A stretch of DNA of 64,000 nt from Candidatus Saccharimonadota bacterium (GTDB lineage Bacteria > Patescibacteriota > Saccharimonadia > Saccharimonadales > AWTP1-31). Within the stretch, counting starts at the first letter, position 1. Every line of letters starts with the position of its first letter. The position numbers and the translations under genes are program-made. This document shows, in pieces, positions 45,408 to 54,469 of the stretch. The notes beneath the pieces were generated by a model, which was not told the DNA's origin, made no database searches, and saw nothing but the letters and a program-made list of their open reading frames with translations. The stretch lies in contig RXKC01000001.1 in the NCBI GenBank assembly GCA_003962975.1, positions 38,061-102,060 on the forward strand, in the 5' to 3' direction.

Positions 45408-45938
45408 TTGGTTCAAAGGGAAAAATTTGTACCTGCAAACTTTTTTAGCTACTTTACCATTCAGTCTAATATCCTTGCGGTCATCATTCTAGCAATTAGT
45501 GCATTCGCTGCGTGGCGAGGTTTACACAGCAAAACCATTAGTATGCTACGCGGAGCTAATACTCTCAATATGGTTGTTGTCGGGGTGGTTTTTTCCTTGT
45601 TACTGTCGGGGCTGGACGGGGACTTGACCGCAGTACCATGGGACAACACGGTCCTGCACTATATTATTCCTGTCGTAGTGGCGCTTGATTGGCTATTTAT
45701 ATCATCAAAAACAAAAATCACATTTAAGCAGGGTATTGTTTGGGCAATATTCCCAATGCTTTATGTACTATATAGCTTGGTGCGGGGGCACCTTGTAAAC
45801 TGGTATCCATATCCATTTTTGAATGCTGCCGAGCAGGGTTATCTTCGGGTTTTGATAGTCTGCACGGCCATAACGCTGGGTGCGTTCGTCTTAATATATG
45901 CGATAGCTAAGACGTCTGGTCGAGTGCAAAAGCGCTAG
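45408..45938 (+). CDS. Pr6Pr-family membrane protein (N-terminal helix apparently in another frame from GTG 45331)
   Basis: FFSYFTIQSNILAVIIL hallmark and multiple TM helices. The ORF-track TTG start lacks the first TM. See the finding on the frameshift at about 45355-45365. Confidence 0.6.
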   Translation: MVQREKFVPANFFSYFTIQSNILAVIILAISAFAAWRGLHSKTISMLRGANTLNMVVVGVVFSLLLSGLDGDLTAVPWDNTVLHYIIPVVVALDWLFISSKTKITFKQGIVWAIFPMLYVLYSLVRGHLVNWYPYPFLNAAEQGYLRVLIVCTAITLGAFVLIYAIAKTSGRVQKR

Positions 45939-45959
45939 ATTGTCTGTTATGCTGGATTT

Positions 45960-46274
45960 ATGAAGACTACCAAAGAACAGGCTCAGAGCATTCTAGAAAA
46001 AATTCAAGTTGTTGCGGAAGCCCGTATCCGGCCTATGATGGGCGAATACATTGTCTATATAGACGAGAAAGTCGCTGGTCAGATTAATCACGGAGTGTTG
46101 TTTATTAAGGTCACTGACTTTGGCGAGAGTTTTGCTGCAGGCCTAATTAAAGAGTCGCCGTATGACGGTGCAAAGCCAGCTTTTATAGTGCCCGAAGCCA
46201 AGATTGCCGACACTGCCTGGATGCGTGAATTTGTAGCCGGTACTGTCAGTGAGCTGCCAGCCCCAAAAAAATGA
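45960..46274 (+). CDS. TfoX N-terminal-domain-like protein
   Basis: Pattern RPMMGEYIVYIDEKVAGQINHGVLFIKV...AKPAFIVPEAKIADTAWMREFV resembles TfoX_N. TATGCT lies 6 nt before the ATG. Confidence 0.4.
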   Translation: MKTTKEQAQSILEKIQVVAEARIRPMMGEYIVYIDEKVAGQINHGVLFIKVTDFGESFAAGLIKESPYDGAKPAFIVPEAKIADTAWMREFVAGTVSELPAPKK

Positions 46275-46780
46275 GAAGAATCACTATCCTTGGTAATCCT
46301 GGTGCAGGCAAGACAACGTTTGCACGAGCTCTTGGCAAAAAGACGGGTATACCTGTACATCATCTGGACTATTATTATCACCAAAAGGGCACGGATTATT
46401 CGCAAAACAAAGAGGCGTGGCTGTCATTAGCCAAGGATCTTACGAGTAAAGATCGTTGGATAAGCGAAGGTAATTACAGCACAACCTACCCAGCCAGAAT
46501 ACCGAAATCAGATCTGCTTATCTTGATGGATGTGCCAACGTGGCTTTCAGTTTGGAGTGTCCTGAAAAGAAGGTGGCAGTATCGTAATACAACACGTGCA
46601 GAAATGCCTGATGATTGGGTTGAGAAAATTGATCCAATATTCTTTTGGTATGTACTGCAGTTCCGTTTGAAGTCGAGGAAAGATGTGGTTGCGGGTATAC
46701 AACAGTACAAGCACGATAAGCTACAGATCCTGACGTTCAAAAGTCGAAAAGCTGCGTACGAATGGCTTGATACTCAATAA
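46271..46780 (+). CDS. P-loop NTPase, adenylate-kinase-like (topology modulation protein family)
   Basis: Walker A GNPGAGKTT at the N-terminus. 169 aa. ATGA overlap with the upstream gene. Confidence 0.65.
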   Translation: MRRITILGNPGAGKTTFARALGKKTGIPVHHLDYYYHQKGTDYSQNKEAWLSLAKDLTSKDRWISEGNYSTTYPARIPKSDLLILMDVPTWLSVWSVLKRRWQYRNTTRAEMPDDWVEKIDPIFFWYVLQFRLKSRKDVVAGIQQYKHDKLQILTFKSRKAAYEWLDTQ

Positions 46781-46822
46781 AAACATATTGTAAAACGACA
46801 AATACTGTGTTATTCTTCTTTC

Positions 46823-47329
46823 ATGAAGAAAGCAATCATGAACCGTGTATCAACAATAGTATTACGAATCGCTTTGGCGGTTATTGGGTCAATAGTCTTG
46901 GCAATATGTATCTTTGCATTACCAGGAGGCTGGGCTGGAGCTGCCAAAGAGTATCCTAACGATCCGGATGTTGTATTTGCCATGAGAGGCATACTGGTTG
47001 TTCTTTATGCTGCTGCAATACCGTTCTTTGCCGCGCTGTATCAGGCATTAAAGCTCGTGAAGTACATTGATCAGAACCGGGCATTTTCTAAATTGTCAGT
47101 TCTAGCGCTACAGCGAATTGCATACTCTGGTCTGACAATTAGTGCTATTTTTGCAGCAGGGCTGCCATTCTTTTATATATGGGCACAAAAGGATGATGCT
47201 CCAGGGTTAATCGTCATAGCTATGGGTTTCAGCGGTGCGGCATTCACGGTAGCAGTTTTTGCAACTGTTGTGCAGCGTTTACTGCGACAGGCGATAGCTA
47301 TTAAGTCAGAGAATGATCTTACGGTTTAA
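46823..47329 (+). CDS. DUF2975-like 4-TM membrane protein
   Basis: Four TM helices. The typical partner gene (a small XRE regulator) follows 2 nt downstream. TATTCT lies 6 nt before the ATG. Confidence 0.5.
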   Translation: MKKAIMNRVSTIVLRIALAVIGSIVLAICIFALPGGWAGAAKEYPNDPDVVFAMRGILVVLYAAAIPFFAALYQALKLVKYIDQNRAFSKLSVLALQRIAYSGLTISAIFAAGLPFFYIWAQKDDAPGLIVIAMGFSGAAFTVAVFATVVQRLLRQAIAIKSENDLTV

Positions 47330-47331
47330 CT

Positions 47332-47541
47332 ATGGCAATAATTATTAATGTTGATGTTATGCTGGCCAAGCGCAAAATGAGTGTAACCGAATTGGCCGAT
47401 AAAGTCGGTATTACTATGGCTAATATTTCTATCCTAAAAAACGGTAAAGCCAAAGCAGTGCGTTTATCTACACTCGAAGCTATTTGTGTAGCACTGGATT
47501 GTCAGCCCGGCGACATACTAGAATATCGCAAAGACATATAG
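47332..47541 (+). CDS. XRE-family helix-turn-helix transcriptional regulator (YozG-like)
   Basis: 69 aa. HTH MSVTELADKVGITMANISILKNGKAKAVRLSTLEAIC. Confidence 0.85.
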   Translation: MAIIINVDVMLAKRKMSVTELADKVGITMANISILKNGKAKAVRLSTLEAICVALDCQPGDILEYRKDI

Positions 47542-47565
47542 TCAATATTCATCGTATCTGTTAGT

Positions 47566-48375
47566 ATGGTGGCGATGTATAAGACGGTGACACGACCAGC
47601 TATTGAGCACAGAGCAAGAGCCCTTGCTAAAGGCCCACGAGAATCATTAGCGTTCCCCGAGGTGATACCTGGTCTAGTGACGGCCAAAGCAGACTGCAAA
47701 GCGTTGCTCGAAAAAGGTCTAGATGTCACTCGTGAAGGGCTCGACTTTTCAATGATCGCTGCACTGGCTGTACGGCATTTAGCAGAGAGTGAAGTAGAAT
47801 CGGAAGGCTCAAGCTCTTCATTGATAAGTATGACTTGGTCACGTAAACGGCTCCTGGCTGTGCGGGCAGTGTATGACATAATGGCCCATGCCAAAGCGCC
47901 TCGACCCATTAAAGAACTGTGCCGTGCCATGGGGACTGCAAAAGATACGAGTCAAGTTGGCGCGGTTGCCGTGAAGGATCTGCCCCGTATTGTGTATTGG
48001 GCGGACGAGGCCCGACCATTTGCGACCCGCAACGCAAGACCCGTCAACTTGGCAAAGTTCACAGGACGCATGGATTATAGGCACGCCACAATTCAGTCAA
48101 TCGCCGACGGACAGGCGATGCCTTTTGGCCAATATCACGCAGCGCGCCGCAACATTCGTCAGTTGGCCACCTTGCATATGGTTGCAGCGGTAGGTGCACC
48201 GACAATCGAGGACCCGCTGGTAGAGACTGCGGCACTGTTGATGAACGCCAGCAATATGGCGGGCCGAGAGCTTGGACCTCCGCAGGCTGGGCCAGAAGTT
48301 GTGCAGGCACCTGAGCATCTGCAACAATTAATGACAGGATACCTAGAGGGCGTGCAAGCCGGTGTGATACACTGA
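47566..48375 (+). CDS. hypothetical protein
   Basis: 269-aa ORF with no recognised motif. Looks GC-richer than the flanks and carries long ORFs in other frames and on the other strand. Strand choice rests on length and tight spacing to prs. Confidence 0.4.
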   Translation: MVAMYKTVTRPAIEHRARALAKGPRESLAFPEVIPGLVTAKADCKALLEKGLDVTREGLDFSMIAALAVRHLAESEVESEGSSSSLISMTWSRKRLLAVRAVYDIMAHAKAPRPIKELCRAMGTAKDTSQVGAVAVKDLPRIVYWADEARPFATRNARPVNLAKFTGRMDYRHATIQSIADGQAMPFGQYHAARRNIRQLATLHMVAAVGAPTIEDPLVETAALLMNASNMAGRELGPPQAGPEVVQAPEHLQQLMTGYLEGVQAGVIH

Positions 48376-48380
48376 TCGGT

Positions 48381-49352
48381 ATGAGCGCAAGCGTCGTGCA
48401 GCGTCAGCTGCATCTTATTGGGGGAAGGTCGCATCCGACATTAACAGAAGATGTCGCTAAGCGTCTGGGTATAAAGCCCTGTGACATAAAACTAGGCACC
48501 TTTGCGAACGGTGAAATAAGTGTGAAGCTGGGCGAAACCATTCGCGGTGCCGACGTCTTTGTGATGCAGACACATAGCCGTAGCGTTAACGAAGCTATTA
48601 TGGAGCAAGCAATCATCATTGATGCGTGCAAGCGGGCTTCGGCCGGGTCAATCACAGCGGTCTGTCCATTTTTGGGGTACGCTCGGCAAGATCGCAAATC
48701 AAGTGGTCGTGAACCGATTACCGCAAAGCTGGTCGTAGATATGTTGGCGCATGCTGGTGCCGACCGAATTATGAGTGTCGATTTGCATGTTGGTCAGATC
48801 CAAGGTTTTTTTGATGGGCCATTTGACCATTTGGTAGGCATGCCAATACTGACTACATTTATTACCGAAAACTTTAACCTTGATGACCTAGTTATTGTGT
48901 CGCCTGACGCTGGTCGAGCTAAAACGGCCGAACGCTACAGCAGCTTCCTTGGTTGCGGCATGGCCATAGTGCACAAACAGCGGTCGTACGTAAAACACAA
49001 TGTTGCCGAAGCAAAGTATTTGATCGGTGATGTCAAAGGCAAGCAGTGTGTCGTTATCGATGACATGATCGATACGGCTGGCACTATGTGTGCAGCTGCT
49101 ACAATCTTGAAAGAGCACGGCGCCAAGTCGATTTATGGCCTAGCGACACATGGTGTACTATCTGACCCTGCACTAGAACGCATCGAAGCATCTGATTTTA
49201 AAAAGGTTGTCGTCACCGATACGCTGCCTCTGCCCAAGAAATCTAAGAAAATCAAAGTCTTACCAATTGGGCAGCTGCTGGCTGATGCGATTTCAGCTGT
49301 CCATTCAGGCGATTCAGTCTCCGCACTATTCGGCGGCAAGAACCAGTCCTAG
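48381..49352 (+). CDS. prs: ribose-phosphate pyrophosphokinase
   Basis: DLHVGQIQGFF, PRPP-binding loop VVIDDMIDTAGT, ARQDRK. TACACT lies 7 nt before the ATG. Confidence 0.95.
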   Translation: MSASVVQRQLHLIGGRSHPTLTEDVAKRLGIKPCDIKLGTFANGEISVKLGETIRGADVFVMQTHSRSVNEAIMEQAIIIDACKRASAGSITAVCPFLGYARQDRKSSGREPITAKLVVDMLAHAGADRIMSVDLHVGQIQGFFDGPFDHLVGMPILTTFITENFNLDDLVIVSPDAGRAKTAERYSSFLGCGMAIVHKQRSYVKHNVAEAKYLIGDVKGKQCVVIDDMIDTAGTMCAAATILKEHGAKSIYGLATHGVLSDPALERIEASDFKKVVVTDTLPLPKKSKKIKVLPIGQLLADAISAVHSGDSVSALFGGKNQS

Positions 49353-49355
49353 GCA

Positions 49356-49961
49356 CTATTTACTTAAGAAGTCGACGCACTCTTTGTATTTGGCGTCGTC
49401 AATTTTGCCTTCGTCGTGCATGATGTCCACAACTTCTCGCATGGTCATAACAGCGTGCAGTGCGTAACCCTTTTCTCGTAGCAAGGCGCTACCGCCTTTT
49501 TCGTAATCGATCAGCACTACGAAGTCTTTAATTTCGAGATCATTGCTCTTGAACGGTTCGATGACTTCAAGCTTTGAGTCGCCCTTGGTTATCAAATCGT
49601 CAATTACGACAATTGTGTCACCTTTATCGTACTCACCCTCAATAGCTTTTTTGAGTCCGTAGCCTTTAGCTAGGCCTTCTTTGCGCATATAAATCCATGG
49701 CTTTTCCATTTCTAGACTGACGGCACCAGCAATCGGTAGCGCTGCATAGGCAATACCGGCAAGCTTGTCGTAGGTGAGTGGTTCGATAATCTGCGCATAT
49801 GCCTGGGCAACCTTCTTGAGTAGCTTGGGATGGCTCACGAATAGGCGAAGATCCATGTACATCGGGCTGACGATACCACTCTTAAAGGTAAATTCACCAA
49901 ACTTCAAAGCACCAATGTTGTGTAGCTCGAGTGCAATTTCTTTCTTCAATGTATCTGCCAT
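49356..49961 (-). CDS. pyrE: orotate phosphoribosyltransferase
   Basis: [22 protein letters not shown] and PRPP loop [13 protein letters not shown]. Confidence 0.85.
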   Translation of the reverse strand: MADTLKKEIALELHNIGALKFGEFTFKSGIVSPMYMDLRLFVSHPKLLKKVAQAYAQIIEPLTYDKLAGIAYAALPIAGAVSLEMEKPWIYMRKEGLAKGYGLKKAIEGEYDKGDTIVVIDDLITKGDSKLEVIEPFKSNDLEIKDFVVLIDYEKGGSALLREKGYALHAVMTMREVVDIMHDEGKIDDAKYKECVDFLSK

Positions 49962-49985
49962 GGTATCTCCTTCGTTAACGCGCGG

Positions 49986-50795
49986 TTAGCGATATTTATT
50001 AATTTCGTCTTTAAACTCTAACGCTGCGGTGCGGGCTGCGTCTGCGTAATCATCGCCACTGCTTGCGTACAAAATTGCGCGTGACGAGTTGATCAACACA
50101 TTTTCACCACCAGCCTTTACGGTTTTCTCTAAATCACCGCCTTGCGCACCAATGCCGGGGATGAGTAAGAACATGTCAGGTCCTACAATGTTACGTACTT
50201 CGGCTATTTCGTCTGGATACGTTGCACCCACTACAAGTAAACAGTTTTTGTTTGTGTTCCACGTGGTAGCAACGCGCTCGGCGACATGTTGGTAGACGGG
50301 CTTACCGTCTACCAATAGATCTTGGAACTCGCCGGCACCCGGGTTAGAGGTACGACAAAGAATGATAATTCCTTTTTCTGCTTGTGACAGGAATGGCTCC
50401 AAGGCTTCTTGCCCTAAGTATGGATGAACGGTGACTGCGTCAGCACCCAGGTAGTCAAAGCTTTGCGCAACGTAGCCATTATTGGTGTTACCAATGTCGG
50501 CGCGCTTGCTGTCGAGGATAATAGGAATATCTGGATGTGCTTGCTTGATGTAATCGCAGAGCTGTTTGAGGTGGGCTACGCCATCTGCACCTTGTCCTTC
50601 AAAGAAAGCGCTGTTTGGTTTGAAGGCACAGGCTAGATCGGCTGTAGCATCAACAATGGCTTTGCAGAATTGAAAGTAGGCGTCTGTCTGGTCGGCGACA
50701 GACTTTGGTAGCTTAGGTGAGTCGGGGTCTAAGCCAACGCACAGCAAAGAGTTATTCTTTTTGGCTGCAGCTTGTACCCTCTCGCTAAAAGTCAT
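49986..50795 (-). CDS. pyrF: orotidine 5'-phosphate decarboxylase (type 2)
   Basis: LCVGLDPD, ILDSKRADIGNT, long-form ODCase length (269 aa). Confidence 0.85.
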   Translation of the reverse strand: MTFSERVQAAAKKNNSLLCVGLDPDSPKLPKSVADQTDAYFQFCKAIVDATADLACAFKPNSAFFEGQGADGVAHLKQLCDYIKQAHPDIPIILDSKRADIGNTNNGYVAQSFDYLGADAVTVHPYLGQEALEPFLSQAEKGIIILCRTSNPGAGEFQDLLVDGKPVYQHVAERVATTWNTNKNCLLVVGATYPDEIAEVRNIVGPDMFLLIPGIGAQGGDLEKTVKAGGENVLINSSRAILYASSGDDYADAARTAALEFKDEINKYR

Positions 50796-50835
50796 TACTG
50801 CTATGGTATTCTAAAACCAGAAAGGGTACAAATTT

Positions 50836-51903
50836 ATGTTGCAACAAGTTCAGCTGTACGATGATCAACTTGATTTTGAAGAGAATAAGGCGAAGGGGCC
50901 ATTTGGTGACTATGCCAACACTAGTGAAAGGTACAAAAACAGTGGCGAGCCACAGTACGATTTTTTTGGTACACCCGTCTACAGTCCATTTGGCATAGCC
51001 GCTGGACCGTTGCCAACAACACAGTTTATTGATGCAGCGCTGGCCAAAGGCTTCGATATTGTTACCCTCAAATCTGTACGGACTGACATTTTTCCATTAA
51101 ATGCCTACCCACAAGTACGGCCAGTTATATGCGACGGCGATGTCAGTACTGACCCAGACTTTACAGTAAAAGTTGCCGATGCCTATACAGAGCGTCTAGC
51201 GGTAAGTAACTCATTTGGTATTCCTTCTGTAACGCCGAGCGAGTGGCAGCCATTCTTGCGAGACTCAAAAGCCTTGCTGCAAAAAGGACAAGCTCTACTG
51301 ACGGCCTTTCAGGGTACAGCACATGGCAAAGGCAAAGACGATTTTGTGCAAGACCACGTCCGAGGTATTGAGTTGATCAGACAAACCGGTGCCGATGCCG
51401 TGATAGAGATTAACCTCAGCTGTCCTAACGAAGGCGAAGCAGTCCTGGCATGTTTTGATACGGATATTACAGAGCGCATTGTGAAAGCGGTTCGCGAAGC
51501 AAACCCCGACCTAAAATTCATTATCAAGCTAGCTTATTTCAGCGATCACGAACAACTGAAAGATTTGGTGAAACGAGTTGGCAACATTGTTGATGGTTTT
51601 AGCGCTATTAATACTATGGCTACAACTGTTGAGGACGAGAATGGTAAAGAGGTCTTTCCGGGCCGACCAAAAGCGGGCGTGAGCGGTGCTCCAATCAAAT
51701 GGGCGGGACTCGAGATGACAAGGCTCTTAAAACAGTATCGTGATGAGCTTGGCTATGACTATAAGATCGTCAGTATGGGTGGTGTACTGACACCAGATGA
51801 CTTCAATGAATATCTAGAAGCTGGCGCTGACACCGTGATGTCGGTCAGTGGAGCAATGTGGAACCCGCAGCTCGCGGCCCAAATTAAAGCGACATTACAA
51901 TAG
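50836..51903 (+). CDS. pyrD: dihydroorotate dehydrogenase-like (class 1, Cys base) with N-terminal extension
   Basis: TIM-barrel DHOD motifs (IEINLSCPN, GVSGAPIK, VSMGGV). 355 aa. Confidence 0.7.
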   Translation: MLQQVQLYDDQLDFEENKAKGPFGDYANTSERYKNSGEPQYDFFGTPVYSPFGIAAGPLPTTQFIDAALAKGFDIVTLKSVRTDIFPLNAYPQVRPVICDGDVSTDPDFTVKVADAYTERLAVSNSFGIPSVTPSEWQPFLRDSKALLQKGQALLTAFQGTAHGKGKDDFVQDHVRGIELIRQTGADAVIEINLSCPNEGEAVLACFDTDITERIVKAVREANPDLKFIIKLAYFSDHEQLKDLVKRVGNIVDGFSAINTMATTVEDENGKEVFPGRPKAGVSGAPIKWAGLEMTRLLKQYRDELGYDYKIVSMGGVLTPDDFNEYLEAGADTVMSVSGAMWNPQLAAQIKATLQ

Positions 51904-51916
51904 ACTTTTTCGCAGC

Positions 51917-52711
51917 TTAAGCAGCGGGTTTTTGGAGAATAAAAACGTCTACTTCGTTGCAGGGATTGACAGGGGATGGGAACTGGTAGGGTTCGTGGCT
52001 TACGATTTCAAAACCACTGGCGGTAACAAGTGTTACCATGTCACCTACAGAACCTAGGTAGGTTTGCGTCCCAAGTCGTTGTAGTTTTTCGTCAGGCTTT
52101 GGTGGTTCATCGTCGGTAACACAGCCTCGATAATCAAGCCCGACCACGCTCAGGTGCACATCATCAGTAACCTTTAGGTCTGCTTCTGTGAGGATACCGC
52201 CTCGCTCGAGGTAGTGATCGTAAAAGACAGCGTTATTCGGATTGTTAAAAGATCGAAAGTTTACCGCACACTGGGCGCCAGGCTGCAGGGCGTTAAACAT
52301 TGTCCAAAGCATTTGGCCAGGAACATAAATCATGGCGTTAACCATCATACCGGCATCGGCAAATCCTGGACGCAATGCTGTGTTGCTGGCATCGGCAGCA
52401 AAAAACATTGCCCTATCACCCAGACGTCGTTGTACTTCTGGCAAAATATCAGGAGATATGTCAGTAGCAAAAACTTCGATATCTTCTGGGATAAAGTCCA
52501 GTTCAAAACCAGGGCTGCAGGCAATATCGAGCATGCGTGGTCGGCGGGCGCCAGCTAATTCTCGCGCGTGTGCAAGTACTGGCTCGTGGAACTGTTCGTA
52601 GTAATCCACACGTCCGGCGGGTGTGTTGATATGCGCAGCATAATCAGCTGTATCCATGTTGGCATGGTAAGTCGAGCCTGATCCGGCCAATGTATCGCTT
52701 GGTATGCTCAT
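51917..52711 (-). CDS. class I SAM-dependent methyltransferase, putative
   Basis: Motif I-like MLDIACSPG. ORF track start 52759 overlaps peptidase E. ATG 52711 lies 7 nt after TATACT (52724-52719, minus strand). Confidence 0.5.
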   Translation of the reverse strand: MSIPSDTLAGSGSTYHANMDTADYAAHINTPAGRVDYYEQFHEPVLAHARELAGARRPRMLDIACSPGFELDFIPEDIEVFATDISPDILPEVQRRLGDRAMFFAADASNTALRPGFADAGMMVNAMIYVPGQMLWTMFNALQPGAQCAVNFRSFNNPNNAVFYDHYLERGGILTEADLKVTDDVHLSVVGLDYRGCVTDDEPPKPDEKLQRLGTQTYLGSVGDMVTLVTASGFEIVSHEPYQFPSPVNPCNEVDVFILQKPAA

Positions 52712-52733
52712 TCGCGCTAGTATAGCATGTCTG

Positions 52734-53357
52734 TTAACTGTACAAGCGGTACCAATCATCTTTTACTACAATATATTGCAGGTTGCTGAGTGGTATAAGT
52801 TTATACGATTCGTCGTATGCTTTTAAAAGCCGCTCAGAAAAATAAACTTTACGCAGCTCATCAGAGCCCCAGTGGGGCAGTACCGTAAAATCGATCAATC
52901 CCATGCCTTCTAAATTGTCAGGAATTTTTGTATGAGCAGCATGATCAGAGCGAACTGCAGGCACTAACGTCGGTCCGGCCACCATGGCGCCGGCACTTTG
53001 ACCAATATAGGCTTTGCCAGAATTCATATGCTTTTGGGCGTACTCTTTGAAACCACTCTTATGAATCTGTTCAAGCAGGAACATGGTATTTCCCCCTGTT
53101 ACGTACAAAGTGTCAAAATCTTGCAGATCTTGCGTGAGTTGCTCAAGGGTCTTGCCGGTAATCGTGTATTCCGTTACAGATACGTCCTGCAGGCTCGCCA
53201 AAGCTTGCTTGTCCTTACTAAACCAGTCAGGAGTTTGCACTTCTTTTTCAAGTGCAGTCGTAATGAGAGCAATCTTTTGGGAGTGCTGACTAACAAAGTC
53301 TTGAAGAGACTGAATGACTGGCGCTGCGTACGAAATGAACAGCAGTTGCTTGGACAT
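52734..53357 (-). CDS. peptidase E / S51 family dipeptidase
   Basis: LYVTGGNTMFLL, nucleophile context YIGQSAGAMV, His region VLPHW. Confidence 0.72.
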   Translation of the reverse strand: MSKQLLFISYAAPVIQSLQDFVSQHSQKIALITTALEKEVQTPDWFSKDKQALASLQDVSVTEYTITGKTLEQLTQDLQDFDTLYVTGGNTMFLLEQIHKSGFKEYAQKHMNSGKAYIGQSAGAMVAGPTLVPAVRSDHAAHTKIPDNLEGMGLIDFTVLPHWGSDELRKVYFSERLLKAYDESYKLIPLSNLQYIVVKDDWYRLYS

Positions 53358-53360
53358 GAT

Positions 53361-54413
53361 TTAGGGGAGGAGCGTTCCAGAGCCAGGCTGTACAATAACC
53401 TGACCATCTTTAAAGGCTTCAGCGCCATGTAAAGTCACATTGGTAACTTTACCGACAACTCGTTGGCCAGCAAAAGGCGTCCAGCCAGCCTTAGTGAGGA
53501 GTTTTTCATTAACTAATTCGTATTCTGACATATCAACAGTTACTACGGTCGTGTCATCAACGGTGACGTTAAAGATCCTGGCTGGGTTTGCGTGCAGGCG
53601 ATCAATGAGCTGCTGACGGTTTAGCTTGCCTTCTTGCTCAGCTGTCAGCATAAGTGGCAAACAGGTTTCGATTCCAGGAACACCAAATGGTGGCTCGGCG
53701 CTATCTTTTTCGGCACGGGTGTGCGGCGCGTGGTCTGACTCGATGACGTCAATGGCGTCAAGGTGATCCCATAAGAACTGCACATCTTTAGCTGTTTTTA
53801 GGTAAGGCTTCATGTGGCCATAGGCGCCTAGACGATCGGCATCTTTGTTGGTTAGAAACAGGTGATGTGGGGTGACGCCACAGGTTATCGGCAGGCCTTT
53901 TTCTTTGGCTTTCATAACAAAAGTAAGCTCGGCTTCGGATGACACATGGCAAATGTGGGTTTGCTTGGGCACTGCTGCGAGCGTTTTAAAGACGATGTCC
54001 GATACATCGTCTTCGGCATGCAACAGTATTGGTTTGCTGCCTGGCCATGCTTTGTAGATTTCAATCAAACGGTCGGCGTCTATTTTGAAGTTACCGGTTG
54101 TAACATTCATATAGATCTTGAGGCCCATAACTTTATCGATTACTTTTGGGAACTCCTCAAAGTTATCGCCCAGCGTGCCGAAGTGAAAACCAATGTCACT
54201 GACTGCTTTGCTTTTGGCGCCGGCAATCTTTGCCTCAAGGCGCTCTAAAGAAATAATAGGCTCAGCATTGTTGGGCATATCCATCACGGTTGTATAACCG
54301 CCAGCTAAGGATGCGCTGGTGCCTGTAAAGAAATCTTCTTTGTGCGTTTGTCCTGGGTCACGTAAGTGTACGTGCGGATCAATGAGACCTGGTAGTGTGA
54401 TTGTTTTTGCCAT
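53361..54413 (-). CDS. pyrC: dihydroorotase (short, amidohydrolase superfamily)
   Basis: LPGLIDPHVHLRDPG metal site, later HAED, HICHVS and ESDHAPH motifs. RBS AGGAGGG. Confidence 0.8.
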   Translation of the reverse strand: MAKTITLPGLIDPHVHLRDPGQTHKEDFFTGTSASLAGGYTTVMDMPNNAEPIISLERLEAKIAGAKSKAVSDIGFHFGTLGDNFEEFPKVIDKVMGLKIYMNVTTGNFKIDADRLIEIYKAWPGSKPILLHAEDDVSDIVFKTLAAVPKQTHICHVSSEAELTFVMKAKEKGLPITCGVTPHHLFLTNKDADRLGAYGHMKPYLKTAKDVQFLWDHLDAIDVIESDHAPHTRAEKDSAEPPFGVPGIETCLPLMLTAEQEGKLNRQQLIDRLHANPARIFNVTVDDTTVVTVDMSEYELVNEKLLTKAGWTPFAGQRVVGKVTNVTLHGAEAFKDGQVIVQPGSGTLLP

Positions 54414-54469
54414 AAACCCTCCTGCTTTGGTTTGGTAACACTATATCATGAGGAGATATTGCTCTGACT

